From Candidatus Saganbacteria bacterium (GTDB lineage Bacteria; Margulisbacteria; WOR-1; O2-12-FULL-45-9; XYB2-FULL-48-7), in the NCBI GenBank assembly GCA_016939335.1, contig JAFGHC010000039.1:2376-66375 (forward strand): 64,000 nucleotides of DNA, written 5' to 3'. Positions 37,051 through 45,859 of the stretch are shown in pieces. The notes beneath the pieces are model-generated. The model made no database searches. It was not told the DNA's origin and saw only the letters and a program-made list of their open reading frames with translations. The position numbers and the translations under genes are program-made. How positions within the stretch are numbered: position 1 is the stretch's first letter; each line of letters starts with the position of its first letter.

Positions 37051-38856
37051 TTATTTGTTGCGCGCGCGCTCATTCTCCGTCAGCAGCTTCTTCCGCAGGC
37101 GTATGTTATGCGGCGTCACTTCCACCAGCTCGTCGTCGTCGATGAATTCGAGCGCCTGCTCGAGCGTCAGCCTGATCGGCGGCGTCAGCTTGATCGCCTC
37201 GTCGGCGCCGGCCGCGCGGATGTTCGTCTGCTTCTTCTCCTTGGTCGGGTTGACCGTCATGTCGGAACGGCGGGCGTTCTCTCCCACGATCATCCCCTCA
37301 TAAACTTCGACCCCGGGCCCGACGAACAGCCGCGAGCGCTCCTGCAGGTTGTCGAGCGCGTAAGAAGCGGTCTTGCCGAAGTTGCCGGAGACCAGCACCC
37401 CGTTCTGCCGCTTGGCGATCTCCCCCTTCATCCGCTCGTAACGGGCGAAGGCGTGGTGGAGCAGCCCTTCGCCCTTCGTGTCCATGATGAACTGGGCGCG
37501 GAAGCCGAGGAGGCCCCGCGTCGGCACCAGGTAGACCAGCGTCGTCGTCCCGCTGCGCGACGACATCTCCTGCATCTCGCCGCGGCGCTTGCCCAGGCTT
37601 TCGATCACCACGCCGGCGTGCTCGTCGGGGACGCTGATGATCGCCTGTTCGATCGGCTCCATCTGCTCGCCGTGCACCGTCTTGAAGATCACCTGCGGCT
37701 GGGAGACCTGCACCTCGTACCCCTCGCGCCGCATCGTCTCCAGCAGGATCGAGAGATGGAGCTCGCCGCGCCCCGAGACCCTGAAGCCCTCGGCCCCGCC
37801 CAGGTCCTCCACCTTTAGCCCGACGTTCGTCTGCAGCTCGCGCTCCAGCCGCTCCCGCAGGTGGCGGTTGGTCACGTACTTCCCTTCGCGCCCGGCGAAG
37901 GGCGAGTCGTTGACCAGGAAGTCCATGTTCAGCGTCGGCTCGTCGATCTGGAGTAGCGGCATCGGCCGGGGATTGTCGGCCGCGCAGATCGTTTCGCCGA
38001 TCGTGATCCCTTCGATCCCGGCGACCGCGGCGATGTCGCCGCACTCGACAGTTTCGACTTCGACCTGCTTCAGCCCCTCGAAGATGGAGAGCCTGCTGAT
38101 CTTGCCGGGCTGGACCGAGCCATCGCGCTTGCAGACGGCGATGGTCATGTTCTTCTCCAGCCGGCCGCCCGTCACCCGCCCGATCGCGATCCGGCCGACG
38201 TAGTCGTCATAAGCCAGGTTGGTCACCTGCATTTGCAGCAGAGCGGCGCTCCGGTCGGGGTAAGGGGAAACGCGCCCGAAGATCGCGTCGAAGAGCGGCC
38301 CCAGGTCTTTCCGCTCGTCGGTCATCTCCTTCATTGCCACCCCTTCACGCGAAACGCAGTAAACCACCGGAAAATCCAGTTGTTCATCAGTCGCGTCCAG
38401 TTTAACGAAAAGGTCGAAGATCAGGTCGATCACCTTGTGGGCGCGCCGTCCTTCTTTGTCGACCTTGTCGATCTTGTTGATGACAACGATCGGCCGCAGG
38501 CCGAGCTTGAGCGATTTGGCCAGCACGAACTTGGTCTGGGGCATCGGCCCTTCCTTGGCGTCGACCAGGAGGAGGACGCTGTCGACCATCTTCAGCACCC
38601 GCTCGACCTCCGAACCGAAGTCGGCGTGGCCCGGCGTATCGACGATGTTGAGCTTGACCCCCTGATAGCGGATCGAGCAGTTCTTGGAGAGGATCGTGAT
38701 GCCGCGCTCCCGCTCGAGGTCGTTCGAGTCCATCACCAGCTCCGGGACCTCGTCCCGCTCGCCGAAGGCGCCCCCCTGGCGGAGCAGGTGGTCGGTCAGC
38801 GTCGTTTTGCCGTGGTCGACGTGCGCGATGATCGCGAGATTTATTATCTTCGTCAC
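37051..38856 (-). CDS. typA: translational GTPase TypA/BipA
   Basis: GTG start at 38856 gives [20 protein letters not shown] (G1), DTPGHADF (G3) and NKIDK (G4). The track ORF (to 39063) has a spurious 69-codon N-terminal extension. Confidence 0.9.
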   Translation of the reverse strand: MTKIINLAIIAHVDHGKTTLTDHLLRQGGAFGERDEVPELVMDSNDLERERGITILSKNCSIRYQGVKLNIVDTPGHADFGSEVERVLKMVDSVLLLVDAKEGPMPQTKFVLAKSLKLGLRPIVVINKIDKVDKEGRRAHKVIDLIFDLFVKLDATDEQLDFPVVYCVSREGVAMKEMTDERKDLGPLFDAIFGRVSPYPDRSAALLQMQVTNLAYDDYVGRIAIGRVTGGRLEKNMTIAVCKRDGSVQPGKISRLSIFEGLKQVEVETVECGDIAAVAGIEGITIGETICAADNPRPMPLLQIDEPTLNMDFLVNDSPFAGREGKYVTNRHLRERLERELQTNVGLKVEDLGGAEGFRVSGRGELHLSILLETMRREGYEVQVSQPQVIFKTVHGEQMEPIEQAIISVPDEHAGVVIESLGKRRGEMQEMSSRSGTTTLVYLVPTRGLLGFRAQFIMDTKGEGLLHHAFARYERMKGEIAKRQNGVLVSGNFGKTASYALDNLQERSRLFVGPGVEVYEGMIVGENARRSDMTVNPTKEKKQTNIRAAGADEAIKLTPPIRLTLEQALEFIDDDELVEVTPHNIRLRKKLLTENERARNK

Positions 38857-38890
38857 AAATTCATTATAGCATGGGAAATCACCGCAAATT

Positions 38891-38944
38891 CCACACACTT
38901 TAGTGTGTGGTTTCAATCTTATTCGCTTTGGCCAGATTCTGGGG
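38891..38944. repeat. palindromic hairpin pair CCACACAC-TTTA-GTGTGTGG plus CCAGATTCTGGGG; inverted copy of the element at 62648-62693
   Basis: Perfect 8-bp stem with 4-nt loop. The 26-nt context (AATTCCACACACTTTAGTGTGTGGTTTC) matches the reverse complement of 62644-62670. Lies in the typA/greA divergent region. Confidence 0.6.
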
Positions 38945-39026
38945 GAAACTCCACAGCACTTGACATTTGTAACTGTTAACTTGCCGGCCCGTTCAAATTG
39001 CATCGTGATGAAACGCCCGGGAATGG

Positions 39027-39055
39027 TTAAGCTTCCCCATCTTATTTGATATAAT
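39027..39055 (+). promoter_or_regulatory. putative extended -10 promoter for greA (leaderless or near-leaderless transcript)
   Basis: TTGATATAAT (TGn-TATAAT) at 39046-39055. The greA ATG at 39062 is only 7 nt downstream, and there is no SD. Confidence 0.3.
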
Positions 39056-39061
39056 AACTCC

Positions 39062-39526
39062 ATGGCCGAACGGATGACCCAGGAGAACTACGACAAGATC
39101 GGGCAGAAGCTCGCCGCGCTCAAGAAGCGCCGCGCCGCCATCTCCAAGACGATCGGCGAGGCGCGCGAGCACGGCGACCTGCGCGAGAATTCCGCTTACC
39201 ACACCGCCAAGGACGAGCAGGGGCTCAACGAGATGCGGATCCGCGAGCTGGAGGCCAAGCTGGCCGGCGCCACGATCGTCGACAAGAGCGAACTGGCCGC
39301 CGCCGGCTGCGTCACGCTCGGTTCGACGGTGCGGATCAAGGCGCTCGACACCGGCCAGGAGTTCGAGTACGCCATCGTGGCCGAGGACGAGGCCGACGTC
39401 CTGGAGGACAAGATCTCGACCGCTTCGCCGATCGGCGGCGCGGTCGTCAACGAGCCGGTCGGCGCCGTCGTCGAGGCCGAACTGCCGCGCGGCAAGGTCA
39501 AGTTCAAGGTCCTCGAAATAAAATGA
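39062..39526 (+). CDS. greA: transcription elongation factor GreA
   Basis: MAERMTQENYDKIGQKLAALKKRRAAISKTIGEAREHGDLRENSAYHTAKDEQ: the GreA N-terminal coiled coil with conserved D and E; 154 aa. Confidence 0.85.
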   Translation: MAERMTQENYDKIGQKLAALKKRRAAISKTIGEAREHGDLRENSAYHTAKDEQGLNEMRIRELEAKLAGATIVDKSELAAAGCVTLGSTVRIKALDTGQEFEYAIVAEDEADVLEDKISTASPIGGAVVNEPVGAVVEAELPRGKVKFKVLEIK

Positions 39527-40296
39527 CAATACTTCAGTCGGTCGTGCTCGGTGTCGTCCAGGGGATCGCCGAATTCCTCCCGATCAGCAGTTCCGCCCAC
39601 CTTGTCTTCATCCCCTGGCTTCTTGGCTGGCCGGAACATACGCTCACCTTCGACGTCGCCCTCCATCTGGGGACGCTCGTTTCCCTGCTCGCCTTTTTCT
39701 GGCGTGAGTGGTGGGGGATCATCAGGGGCAAACTTGTCTGGCTGCTTCTCCTCGGCTCCGTCCCCGGCGCGCTCGCGGGGGTGCTGGGCGAGAAATATTT
39801 TGAGGAGACTTTCCGCGGTCCGGTGACGATCGCTGTTTTCCTGATCAGCCTCGGCTTGCTGCTCTGGGCGGCCGAAGTCTTCAGCCGGCGCCGGCGTGAG
39901 TTGGCGTCGGTCGGCTGGCTCGACGCGGGGGCGATCGGCCTGGCGCAGGCGCTGGCGCTGATGCCGGGGGTGTCGCGCGCCGGCATCACCATGACGGCCG
40001 GCCTTTTCCTGGGACTCAAGCGGGAGACGGCCGCCAAATTCTCTTTTCTCCTTTCGGCGCCGATCATTCTCGGGGCCGGACTGTACAAAAGTTACGGCCT
40101 CTTCAAGCACGGCGGCCTGCCGGCCGATGAGCGCATGCCGTTCCTCGCCGGCCTGCTCACCGCCGCGCTGGTCGGCTTCTTTGCCATCAAATATCTTCTC
40201 CGCTATCTGCAGAAGAACACTTTTTATCTCTTCATCTGGTACCGGCTGCTGGTCGGCGCGGGGTTGATTGCGCTGGTTTTGCTTAGGCTCCGTTGA
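39523..40296 (+). CDS. uppP: undecaprenyl-diphosphate phosphatase
   Basis: GVVQGIAEFLPISSSAHL N-terminal signature and ALMPGVSRAGITMTAG motif; polytopic membrane protein. Confidence 0.85.
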   Translation: MTILQSVVLGVVQGIAEFLPISSSAHLVFIPWLLGWPEHTLTFDVALHLGTLVSLLAFFWREWWGIIRGKLVWLLLLGSVPGALAGVLGEKYFEETFRGPVTIAVFLISLGLLLWAAEVFSRRRRELASVGWLDAGAIGLAQALALMPGVSRAGITMTAGLFLGLKRETAAKFSFLLSAPIILGAGLYKSYGLFKHGGLPADERMPFLAGLLTAALVGFFAIKYLLRYLQKNTFYLFIWYRLLVGAGLIALVLLRLR

Positions 40297-41305
40297 TCGC
40301 CCGGATCAGTTCGTTCAGCCGCCCGTAGCTCTCCCGGTCGAAGCGCATGACGAGGCGCGGCAGGTCGGGCAGGTCTTTGTCCTTGAGCTCCTCGGCGGTC
40401 GGCCCGCCCGCTTCGATCTTCCCCCCGGTCAGCAGATCGGCGAACTTCTTGTTCAATTGCTTAAGTTTGGCCGCCGGCAGCGGCTGGTTGAGCCGGAGCA
40501 CGGTCAGCGGCCCGACGTAGCGGAGCGAATTGTAAACGCTGTAAAAATCGAGTATTTCCTTAACTGCCGCTTTGGCCGAGTGGACCAGCGTGAAAAGCTT
40601 GAGGTCATGCTTGGCGATGAAGCCGCGCCGCGCCATCTCGCGCCTGATGAAGTTCAGCCACCCCCGCCAGAAGCCCCAGCGCGGCTCGATCAGGACGATG
40701 GGGCGGGGGACGCTCTTGCCGGTCTGGTAAAGCGTCAGCATCTCAAACGCCTCGTCGCAGGTGCCGAAGCCGCCGGGGAAAAGGACGGTGGCGTTCGATT
40801 CCTTGACGAAGATCAGCTTCCGGTCGAAGAAGTATTTGAACGAGATCAGTTTTTCGCACCGCGCCACGTAAGGGTTCGGCTTTTGCTCGTGCGGCAGACT
40901 GATGTTGACGGCAAAGCTCCGGCCGCCGGCGCCGCAGTTGCCCGCCGCCATTGCCCCGCCGCCCCCGCCGGTGATCACCAGGTAGCCGGCCCGCGTGATC
41001 AGCCGCGAGAACTCGGCCGCCATCCGGTACTCGGCCGAGGCCGGCTTGATCCGGGCCGAACCCCAGACGGCGACCTTGGGGACGCCGCGGTACTGGCGGA
41101 AAACGCGGAAAGCGTGGCGCAGCTCCTTGAGCGAAGTGTTGAGGAGGCGCAACTCGTAACTGTCGGCCCCGTCGAGGTGGAGCTTGACGACCGAAGTGAA
41201 CATTTGCCGGATCAACTCGGCCGTCGCCGGCGCGCTGTATTTTTCCGCCAGCGCCCCGATCTCCCGGTCGATCTCCGCTTGCCCGGTCGCGTATTTGCCG
41301 CGCAT
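40283..41305 (-). CDS. LOG-family (TIGR00730 / PpnN-like) nucleotide 5'-monophosphate nucleosidase
   Basis: AVWGSARI...VITGGGGGAMAAGN...PGGFGTCDEAFE motifs; 340 aa. Confidence 0.7.
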   Translation of the reverse strand: MRGKYATGQAEIDREIGALAEKYSAPATAELIRQMFTSVVKLHLDGADSYELRLLNTSLKELRHAFRVFRQYRGVPKVAVWGSARIKPASAEYRMAAEFSRLITRAGYLVITGGGGGAMAAGNCGAGGRSFAVNISLPHEQKPNPYVARCEKLISFKYFFDRKLIFVKESNATVLFPGGFGTCDEAFEMLTLYQTGKSVPRPIVLIEPRWGFWRGWLNFIRREMARRGFIAKHDLKLFTLVHSAKAAVKEILDFYSVYNSLRYVGPLTVLRLNQPLPAAKLKQLNKKFADLLTGGKIEAGGPTAEELKDKDLPDLPRLVMRFDRESYGRLNELIRAINGA

Positions 41306-41322
41306 TACTATAGTATATAATA

Positions 41323-41455
41323 ATCAAATCACAAATAACAAACAATACCAAATTACCGGAATTCGAATGACTAAAACAGGCAACGTTTATTTCATTGGGT
41401 AATTGTGGTTTGGGATTTGTTTGTTATTTGATGCTTGTGATTTGTTATTTTGTTA
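41323..41455. repeat. family-2 AT-rich MITE-like element, copy B
   Basis: CACAAATAACAAACAATACCAAATTACCGGAATTCGAATG...GTTTGTTATTTGATGCTTGTGATTTGTTATTT; aligns with copy A at 25062-25197. Confidence 0.7.
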
Positions 41456-41465
41456 TACTGGCCCC

Positions 41466-42779
41466 ATGGTTGGCATGGATAAACAGGCCGCTCTTGACGC
41501 TTGCCTGACTCGCCTCGGGATCAAACTTTCCGATGTGGTGGAGAAGTTTATCCATTCGGGCGGCCCCGGCGGCCAGAACGTCAATAAGGTCGCCAGCGGC
41601 GTCTATCTCAAGCATCTGCCGACCGGCCTCGAGGTCAAGATGAGCCGCGCCCGCTCGCAGGCGCTCAACCGCTTCCTCGCCTGGCGGCTGCTGGCCGACA
41701 AGCTCGCGGCCCGGCTCCTCGGCAAGAAGAGCGCCGAACGGGCGAAGGCCGAAAAACTCCGCCGCCAGAAGCGCCGCCGCTCCCGCCGCGCCAAAGAAAA
41801 AGTTTTGCGGGAGAAAAAGCTGACCGCCGAAAAGAAACGCCTCCGCCGGCGGCCGCTCTTCTTGCTCTGTCTGGCCGTCCTGCTGACCGCGGCTGCCGCC
41901 TGGGCGGCCGTCCCGTCACTGGCCGGCCTGATGCAGCGCGATTATCACGGACGCGATCTGCAGCTGAAAAAAGTCCTGGCCGAGAACAACGTTTACACCC
42001 GCTATCTCATCACTTACAAAAGCGATGACCTGACGATCTCCGGCATCATGAATTTGCCGAAGGGGAAGGGGCCGTTCCCCGTCCTGATACTTAACCACGG
42101 CTTCATCGATCCGAAAATCTATACGAACGGCCGCGGCTTGAAGCGCGAACAGGATTATCTGGCGCGCCGTGGTTATATAGTGATTCATCCCGATTACCGC
42201 AATCACGCGTTTTCCGATCAGGACCCGGACGACCTGGCCGGCTTCCGGCTCGGCTACGTCATCGACGCGATCAACTGCGTCATGGCGGTCAAGGGGAGCG
42301 ACAAGCCGTATTTCAATAAGGAGAAGATCGGGCTGCTGGGCCATTCGATGGGGGGCGGGGTCGTCCTGAACTTTCTGGCCGTGAAACCCGGGCTGGCCAA
42401 AGCGGCGGTCCTTTTGGCGCCGGTCAGCGCCGATTACCGCGACAATTTCACCCGCTGGCTCTGGCGGCGCAAGCGCCATCCGGAAGTGGCTGAAAGAATC
42501 ATCGCCGAATACGGCTCGCCCGAATCAAACCCCGCCTTCTGGGCCGGCCTCTCGGCCGTCAGTTACTTAAATAATGTTAAGGCGCCGGTCATGCTCAACC
42601 ACGGCACCGCCGACGAGTCCGTCCCCTTTGACTGGTCGGTCCGGCTGGAAAAAGAGCTGAAGGCCCGCGGCAAAAGCGTCGTCTTCTACCGGTATCCCGG
42701 CGAGCGCCACGAGTTCGGCCCGCAGTGGCCGCTCATGATGGCGCGGATCGTCAAGTTCTTTGACGGATATTTAAAATGA
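41466..42779 (+). CDS. in-frame fusion: ArfB-like GGQ-domain peptidyl-tRNA hydrolase, basic tail, TM helix, alpha/beta-hydrolase (S9/dienelactone-hydrolase-like)
   Basis: N-terminus SGGPGGQNVNKVASGVYLKH (class-I release-factor GGQ domain), then the basic tail KKSAERAKAEKLRRQKRRRSRRAKEKVLREKKLTAEKKRLRRR. Then hydrophobic PLFLLCLAVLLTAAAAWAAV, then a hydrolase with nucleophile elbow GHSMGG and a C-terminal HGTADESVP ... ERHEF triad region. No stop codon between the parts. Confidence 0.55.
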   Translation: MVGMDKQAALDACLTRLGIKLSDVVEKFIHSGGPGGQNVNKVASGVYLKHLPTGLEVKMSRARSQALNRFLAWRLLADKLAARLLGKKSAERAKAEKLRRQKRRRSRRAKEKVLREKKLTAEKKRLRRRPLFLLCLAVLLTAAAAWAAVPSLAGLMQRDYHGRDLQLKKVLAENNVYTRYLITYKSDDLTISGIMNLPKGKGPFPVLILNHGFIDPKIYTNGRGLKREQDYLARRGYIVIHPDYRNHAFSDQDPDDLAGFRLGYVIDAINCVMAVKGSDKPYFNKEKIGLLGHSMGGGVVLNFLAVKPGLAKAAVLLAPVSADYRDNFTRWLWRRKRHPEVAERIIAEYGSPESNPAFWAGLSAVSYLNNVKAPVMLNHGTADESVPFDWSVRLEKELKARGKSVVFYRYPGERHEFGPQWPLMMARIVKFFDGYLK

Positions 42780-42991
42780 TGATCAGCGTCCGCGTCGTCC
42801 CCCGCGCCAGGCAGAATAAAGTTGTTGAAGAAGCGGACCGCTTGAAAGTTTATTTGACCGCTCCGCCGGTCGAAGGGAAGGCGAACGAAGCTTTAATTGA
42901 GGTTCTAGCCAAGCACTTCGGCGTCAAGAAAAGGCGGCTGCGCCTCCTCCGCGGCGAGAAGGGCCGGGACAAGGTCGTCGAGCTTCAGTAG
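42776..42991 (+). CDS. DUF167 (YggU-like) protein
   Basis: 71 aa; VRVVPRARQNKVVEEADRLKVYLTAPPVEGKANEALIEVLAKHFGV matches the YggU pattern. Confidence 0.65.
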   Translation: MMISVRVVPRARQNKVVEEADRLKVYLTAPPVEGKANEALIEVLAKHFGVKKRRLRLLRGEKGRDKVVELQ

Positions 42992-43509
42992 TAGAACGTC
43001 AGCCCGCCGATCTCGCAGCCGATGTAAAAATGTTTGACTTCATACGGCATCCCCGGCACGTGGCTCAACGCGTCATAATACTCTTCGATCATCATCACGG
43101 CCCCCGACGGCAGTTCCCAGCGCTGCCGGCCGGAGAAACAGAAATTGTATCCCTCCTGGAGCAGAAATGATTTGATCGGGGCGGCGTTCTTCTCCGGCTT
43201 TTGCTCTTGCCAGAGGGTGTGCACCTGCGCCACGGTCGCTGCCGGTTGTTTGGCCAGCAGTTTGAAGAAGTCCGGCAGGGCAATGGCCGGCGGCTGCCGG
43301 CCGAAAAGCGGCTGGTTCGCATTATGGACGGAGCAGAAGAAATCCATTTGTTTTATTGCCGCTCTTTTTTCCGCCGGGCTCTGCTCCCCCGTTAATATCT
43401 TGAGCGCCAGCCGGGGCTGGCCCTGGACGCGGGCGGGCGGCGGCACTCTGCCGGGCCGGGCCTCCCGCGCCGGCAAAAACAATCTCCCGATCCCTGCCAG
43501 TAAATTCAT
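42985..43509 (-). CDS. hypothetical protein
   Basis: 174-aa ORF (possibly starting at the internal M of MDFFCSVHN). No confident family assignment. Confidence 0.4.
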   Translation of the reverse strand: MNLLAGIGRLFLPAREARPGRVPPPARVQGQPRLALKILTGEQSPAEKRAAIKQMDFFCSVHNANQPLFGRQPPAIALPDFFKLLAKQPAATVAQVHTLWQEQKPEKNAAPIKSFLLQEGYNFCFSGRQRWELPSGAVMMIEEYYDALSHVPGMPYEVKHFYIGCEIGGLTFYY

Positions 43510-43599
43510 TCTGTGTTTTCTTCGTCCGTTCCCGCCGATAATTTCAGCCGTAATATTCGGGAAGTAATTCGTGCATTCGGGTCGTAAGGCGGTAATTCA

Positions 43600-44313
43600 G
43601 TGAAATTTTCCGGCCGGGGCGCCGAAAGAAAGAAGATGGCAACAACACAAACGGCAAGGATCAGGGAGCATGTTCCGGGGATCAGCCCCCGCACCCGTAA
43701 TGGCAAGGGCGCAGCTGCCAGGTTGGCGCGCTGGGAACCGCTGGAAACTTTCCATATCTCGAGTCTTGATCTTCGCCTCAAAGCCGAACGCTTGTATCTT
43801 CTGGCTAGGACAACGGGAGAGGGCGCCGACCGGAGATTTAAGGAAGCGATCGAACTCCAGGTCGGGACCCTCGGTTTTGGCTTGGCGGATATAAATATCT
43901 GGGGCCGTCTCCTGCAGTGCTTCGCCGGGAAAAATAATCCTCAAGCCAGCGCCCGGCTGTTGACCTCGCTCGGCTCTCTTTTGTGCGCCAGCCCGCAAAT
44001 GGGCGTAAATCCCGACCAGAGACGGGCGGAAACCGTCCGGTTTCTCGGCGACCTCCTTTTCGCTTATGATGCGAGCATTATTAATGATCTCCTTAGCCGT
44101 CAGGCCGATCCGCTCATGGTGAGCGTGGTCGAGGCGCGCGCCGGGATCAATTTGAGACAGGTTGTGGCGCTGTTAAGGGCGGAGAACGTTGATCCGGGGT
44201 TCGCCCGCGCCCTGCTGGCCCGGCTCCGGGGGAGCCAAACTTACGATGCTTTGGCTGCCAAACTGCCGCCCGAGGTACTGGCAAGGATAGCGCCTCCGGC
44301 GACGGCTCCGTGA
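43600..44313 (+). CDS. hypothetical protein
   Basis: 237-aa ORF; start may be the internal ATG (MATTQTARI...). No recognisable motifs. Confidence 0.45.
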   Translation: MKFSGRGAERKKMATTQTARIREHVPGISPRTRNGKGAAARLARWEPLETFHISSLDLRLKAERLYLLARTTGEGADRRFKEAIELQVGTLGFGLADINIWGRLLQCFAGKNNPQASARLLTSLGSLLCASPQMGVNPDQRRAETVRFLGDLLFAYDASIINDLLSRQADPLMVSVVEARAGINLRQVVALLRAENVDPGFARALLARLRGSQTYDALAAKLPPEVLARIAPPATAP

Positions 44314-44325
44314 ACCGGTTTTTGC

Positions 44326-44355
44326 TTGACAAAAAGGGGGTTTAGGTAGTAATAT
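44326..44355 (+). promoter_or_regulatory. putative sigma70 promoter of the collagen-like protein gene
   Basis: TTGACA (44326-44331), 18-nt spacer, TAATAT (44350-44355). The gene has a strong SD GAGGAGGAG 6 nt before the ATG at 44454. Confidence 0.4.
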
Positions 44356-44453
44356 TATTAATGTACAAAGGGAAAGAATCGCACTGGTTAAAACCTCGCA
44401 ATTCTCTTCACTTCGGACGATTAATAATTTCCAAATTAATGAGGAGGAGTCAA

Positions 44454-45824
44454 ATGAAAAAGGTATTTCTGTTCTTATTTTTGGTGATCATGGTCGGGGC
44501 GGCTTTTGGCATTGCCGTGCCCAAACTGTCGGCGGTCCCGGAGAAATTATCTTATGAAGGGAGACTGCTCGACTCCGCCGGCAATCCGGTGATTGCCGCC
44601 AAGACCTTTGACGTCAGGATCTACGATGCCCCGACCGGCGGCAACGCCGTCTGGGGGCCCGAGAGCCAGACGGTCACGCCGAACGAACAGGGGGTTTTCA
44701 GCCTGATCTTGGGTGATAGCGTGCCGGTCACCGCCGCGGTCTTCAGCGGAACACCCCGATACGTCGAAGTCACCGTTGCCGGTGAAACGATCTCCCCCCG
44801 CACCCAGCTTGTCTCCGTCGGCACCGCTTTAAAAGCGGCGGTCGCGGAGAGCGTGGATAATGGTTCGATAACGAATAACAGTCTTGCCAACGCCACGATC
44901 CAGAACACTAAAGTTGCCCCCGGCCAATTTGTCAAACAGATCGTGGCCGGCGCCGGCATCGGCGTTTCCGATGATGAAGGCGGCGGCACCGGGATTGTGA
45001 CCCTGACGGCGACCGGCACCAGCGGCGGCACCGTCACGCGGGTCAATGCCGGGACCGGTTTGCTTGGCGGGCCGATCACGTCAAGCGGCACGATTTCGGT
45101 GGATGTCGGCACCGGCGCCCGCAAGATCGTTCAGCTTGACAATTTTGGAAGATTACCGGCGGTCAATGGTTCAAATTTAACGGCGCTGGATGCCGACAAC
45201 ATTTCCAGCGGCACGCTCGACGAAAGACGGGGCGGGACCGATCAATCAAGTTTTGCTCGCGGCGACATTCTTTACGCTTCAGGAACGAATAGATTGTCGA
45301 GATTGTCAATTGGCTCGAGCGGGCAAGTCCTGAAGGTCAGTGGCGGAGTACCCACCTGGAGTACTGGAGCAGCTGGCCCTGCCGGACCGCAAGGGCCGAC
45401 CGGCGAGGCCGGACCGAAGGGTGACAAAGGTGAGAAAGGTGATCCTGGGCCAGCCGGAGCCGATGGTGTTGCCGGACCAGCCGGGCCGATGGGGCCGACC
45501 GGCGAGGCCGGACCTGCGGGGACGGGGGGGAATGCTGACACAGTTGGTGGCAAATATTTCCTGGCCAAAACCGCCACTTGGATGTCAACGGCCTCGAGTA
45601 CTAAAACAATTACTGATTCCGATGTCACAACCGGGAGTATTATTATTGTTAATCTGGTCGATCAACCAGCCCCAGCATGGGGTTCTTCTTATAAATATAT
45701 TAGCAAAGTTGTTCCGGGCGACCAAGCTTTTACCTTAACTTTTGATGGAAATTTAAGGAACAATCAATCGCACACCGTAAATTATATTGTTATTAATAGT
45801 AGCGCGGCTCCTATACCGCAATAA
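44454..45824 (+). CDS. secreted collagen-like triple-helix repeat protein with a tail-fibre/BclA-like N-terminal region
   Basis: Signal peptide [19 protein letters not shown]. Uninterrupted G-X-Y run [50 protein letters not shown]-terminal globular domain about 110 aa. The track ORF starts 31 codons earlier at 44361. Confidence 0.75.
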   Translation: MKKVFLFLFLVIMVGAAFGIAVPKLSAVPEKLSYEGRLLDSAGNPVIAAKTFDVRIYDAPTGGNAVWGPESQTVTPNEQGVFSLILGDSVPVTAAVFSGTPRYVEVTVAGETISPRTQLVSVGTALKAAVAESVDNGSITNNSLANATIQNTKVAPGQFVKQIVAGAGIGVSDDEGGGTGIVTLTATGTSGGTVTRVNAGTGLLGGPITSSGTISVDVGTGARKIVQLDNFGRLPAVNGSNLTALDADNISSGTLDERRGGTDQSSFARGDILYASGTNRLSRLSIGSSGQVLKVSGGVPTWSTGAAGPAGPQGPTGEAGPKGDKGEKGDPGPAGADGVAGPAGPMGPTGEAGPAGTGGNADTVGGKYFLAKTATWMSTASSTKTITDSDVTTGSIIIVNLVDQPAPAWGSSYKYISKVVPGDQAFTLTFDGNLRNNQSHTVNYIVINSSAAPIPQ

Positions 45825-45859
45825 ATTAAATAAACTAAGCGAAGGTTAAAAAGGTTAAA

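Noticed and set aside
38857-39063. 69-codon N-terminal extension of typA (MELLYQIRWG...)
   Set aside because: The extension is not conserved and overlaps the typA/greA promoter region. GTG at 38856 gives the canonical TypA N-terminus directly before the G1 motif.
42985-43509. SUKH/SMI1-KNR4 immunity-protein assignment for the 174-aa minus-strand ORF
   Set aside because: Only a vague resemblance in composition. I could not identify the family's conserved motifs by eye, so it stays hypothetical.
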